Source: an uncultured Spirochaetota bacterium
GTDB taxonomy: Bacteria; Spirochaetota; Brevinematia; Brevinematales; JAOACQ01
Direction: 5' to 3'
Assembly (NCBI GenBank): GCA_963783575.1
Contig: CAWAOD010000009.1
Coordinates: forward strand, 576,001-640,000
Length of the DNA stretch: 64,000 nt
How positions within the stretch are numbered: position 1 is the first letter of the stretch; every line of letters starts with the position of its first letter. Under the pieces are notes generated by a model. That model was not told the origin of the DNA, made no database searches, and saw only the letters and a list, made by a program, of their open reading frames with translations. Both the position numbers and the translations under genes were made by a program. Shown piece after piece: positions 61,977-64,000 of the stretch.

Positions 61977-63800
61977 TTATAGGTCTTCAAAGAATTTCTC
62001 CGATTCCTTCTCAAATTCTTCGGTAACTTGAAAGAGTTCTTCGTAAAGTTTATCGATTTCAGATTTAATATGGTGAATTTTCTTTGAGAGTTCGCCGATA
62101 GTGTTTCCGTCGCTCTTTACAGAAGCTTCAATCAGTAATTGATTATCATTGTTTATTTCCGTTTCCATATCATTGATAGCCGATTCTATCTCTTTGATCT
62201 TTTTTGACAGGGGCTTTAAAATTTTTGATTTTTCCTCATTTATCCCTGCTCGGGCTTTTCTGATCGCTTTTTTACTGTTAACAGCGGATGTTTCATTGCC
62301 ATCTTTTAAATCCTCATTTTCCCATCCGACTTCCTCTAAAAAATCTTTATAACTGCCTTCAAAAACAGTTATTTTGCCTTTATCGAAAACAATAAGGCGG
62401 TTTACAAGGGCATTCAGATACATTTCATTATGAGTCACGATTACAACTGCGCCATCAAAAGAATCTATCGCCGCGATCAGCGAATCGCAGGATTCCATAT
62501 CAAGATGGTTGGTCGGTTCGTCAAGAAGCAGCAGATGGTTCGGTGTAACGAGAAGTTTTCCAAGAAGCACCCGGCTTTTTTCACCCCCTGAAAGAACGGA
62601 AACTTTCTTCAACGCCATATCCCCTTCGAACATCATCGAACCTGCGATGTCTCTTGCTGCCTGCCTGTTCCGATCCGGGTGAGCCGACATTATTTCTTCT
62701 TCCACTGTGTTCCCTTCATAAAGCTGTTCGATATTTGTCTGGCCGAAATATCCCATATTCATTTGAGGATGATACCGCACTTCACCTGCTGCGGGTTCCA
62801 GGATTCCTGCCATCAGTTTTAGAAGTGTGGTCTTCCCTTTTCCGTTTTTACCGATTATTCCGATTCGGTCGTTTTTCCCGACAACTATACTGAAATTATG
62901 GATAATATCTATTGTTTTCCGGTCATATGAAAATGATACATTATTGCATTCAAGAGTCCATTTTCCCTGGAAAAACCCCTCCCTGAAGGAAAATTCCAGT
63001 GTTTTAATCTTTTCCAGCTTATCCATTTTCTGATTCTTTTCAAGAAGCTTTACTCTTGATTGTACCAGCCCCCCGAGTCTTGCCTTTGCCCTGAAGCGGG
63101 TTATGAAAAGTTCGACTTCCTTGCGTTTCTTCTCATCATTAACACGTGTCTTCTCATAGACCTCTTCTTCCTTTATAATCTGGCCGTAAAGCTTATCGGT
63201 GCCGCCTTCTATCTTGCGTATCTTTTTCCGGTGGATTCCCATTGTATGAGTTGTTACGCTGTCCATAAAGCTCCTGTCGTGAGTGATGAGTATGAGTTCA
63301 TCTTTCCAGGCATTGAGAAACCTGATAAGCCATCGTATGGAAACAATATCGAGGTAATTTGTCGGCTCATCGAGTAGTAAAAGATTCGGAGTTCCTGAAA
63401 GAACTTTCGTAAGATTGAGCCGCACCTGGTAACCCCCGGAAAATTCGGACGGATGCCTGTCAAAATCATCAGTTGAGAATCCAAGCCCCGACAGTATCTT
63501 TTCAGCACGCCAGTGATCATTGTGGTGTTCATCGCGCAGTCCTAGGCATGCTTCTTCTAAAACCGTACCCTGTGTAAACCTGATATTCTGCTCAAGATAA
63601 CCGATTGTGTATTTTTTTGGAATAGAAATGATCCCCGAATCAGCTTCCTCTTCGCCGGTCAGAAGCCTGAAAAGCGTTGTTTTTCCATGCCCGTTCCGGC
63701 CTGTAAGCCCGATTCTTTCACCGGAGTTTACATTAAAACTGACACTATCAAGAAGAAGCTGGCCGCCATAAGATTTGCTTAAATTTGTAACCTGTATCAT
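61977..63800 (-). CDS. ABC-F family ATP-binding protein
   Basis: Two ABC domains (GHGKTT, FSGG, LDEPTN; GKGKTT, LSGGE), no TM, C-terminal coiled coil. Confidence 0.92.
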   Translation of the reverse strand: MIQVTNLSKSYGGQLLLDSVSFNVNSGERIGLTGRNGHGKTTLFRLLTGEEEADSGIISIPKKYTIGYLEQNIRFTQGTVLEEACLGLRDEHHNDHWRAEKILSGLGFSTDDFDRHPSEFSGGYQVRLNLTKVLSGTPNLLLLDEPTNYLDIVSIRWLIRFLNAWKDELILITHDRSFMDSVTTHTMGIHRKKIRKIEGGTDKLYGQIIKEEEVYEKTRVNDEKKRKEVELFITRFRAKARLGGLVQSRVKLLEKNQKMDKLEKIKTLEFSFREGFFQGKWTLECNNVSFSYDRKTIDIIHNFSIVVGKNDRIGIIGKNGKGKTTLLKLMAGILEPAAGEVRYHPQMNMGYFGQTNIEQLYEGNTVEEEIMSAHPDRNRQAARDIAGSMMFEGDMALKKVSVLSGGEKSRVLLGKLLVTPNHLLLLDEPTNHLDMESCDSLIAAIDSFDGAVVIVTHNEMYLNALVNRLIVFDKGKITVFEGSYKDFLEEVGWENEDLKDGNETSAVNSKKAIRKARAGINEEKSKILKPLSKKIKEIESAINDMETEINNDNQLLIEASVKSDGNTIGELSKKIHHIKSEIDKLYEELFQVTEEFEKESEKFFEDL

Positions 63801-64000
63801 ACCGCCGCACCATTTTTTTACATAAATTATAAACTGTAAAGCATAAAAAATCTAATATGGACAAATTGCATGGAAAATGTTCTGAAGTCAACAGTAGAAT
63901 ATTTTGCCTATTTTTACCGATAATTAAGCATTAAAAATCATAACCAAGGAATATCATATGATCAATTCATTAAATAGGGTAGATCAGGTAAATAAATATC

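Noticed and set aside
63958..64000. Start of a further CDS at the window edge
   Set aside because: AAGGA plus ATG is present, but only about 14 codons are visible, so no call is possible

Overview
AT-rich (roughly one-third GC) bacterial chromosomal segment. Gene content and style (hinge-less SMC, group-X PFK, GerMN protein, spirochete-type repeats) suggest a spirochete, possibly Brevinematales-like and anaerobic; this is inference only. From left to right it holds: an exported coiled-coil/ClpP-fold peptidase; a Zur-type regulator with a divergent OMP-znuABC operon and paired operator boxes; a decayed PCuAC-SCO copper chaperone pair; ycgR/ycgQ-type permeases; a prolyl oligopeptidase; an IS1182 element inserted in a palindrome; a Xer recombinase; OMPs; rlpA; pfk; an XPB helicase with its Helicase_C_3 partner; PTS IIA; GerMN; GTP-PEPCK; Re-citrate synthase; a four-member array of unknown membrane-protein paralogues interleaved with MITE-like repeats; an unusual LolA-like/exported YidD/TPR/TPR operon; ddl; pit; typA; two glycosyltransferases; an integrase-less island with an excisionase and a rolling-circle-type Rep; an attC-like lysE cassette; smc; and an ABC-F gene. 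About a dozen ORFs are broken by single-base indels or in-frame stops, including smc, ddl and pfk, so many breaks are probably consensus errors. No rRNA, tRNA or CRISPR array was recognised. The most novel-looking signals are the exported YidD-TPR operon with its neighbouring paralogue array, and a T/S-N dipeptide enrichment in exported proteins.
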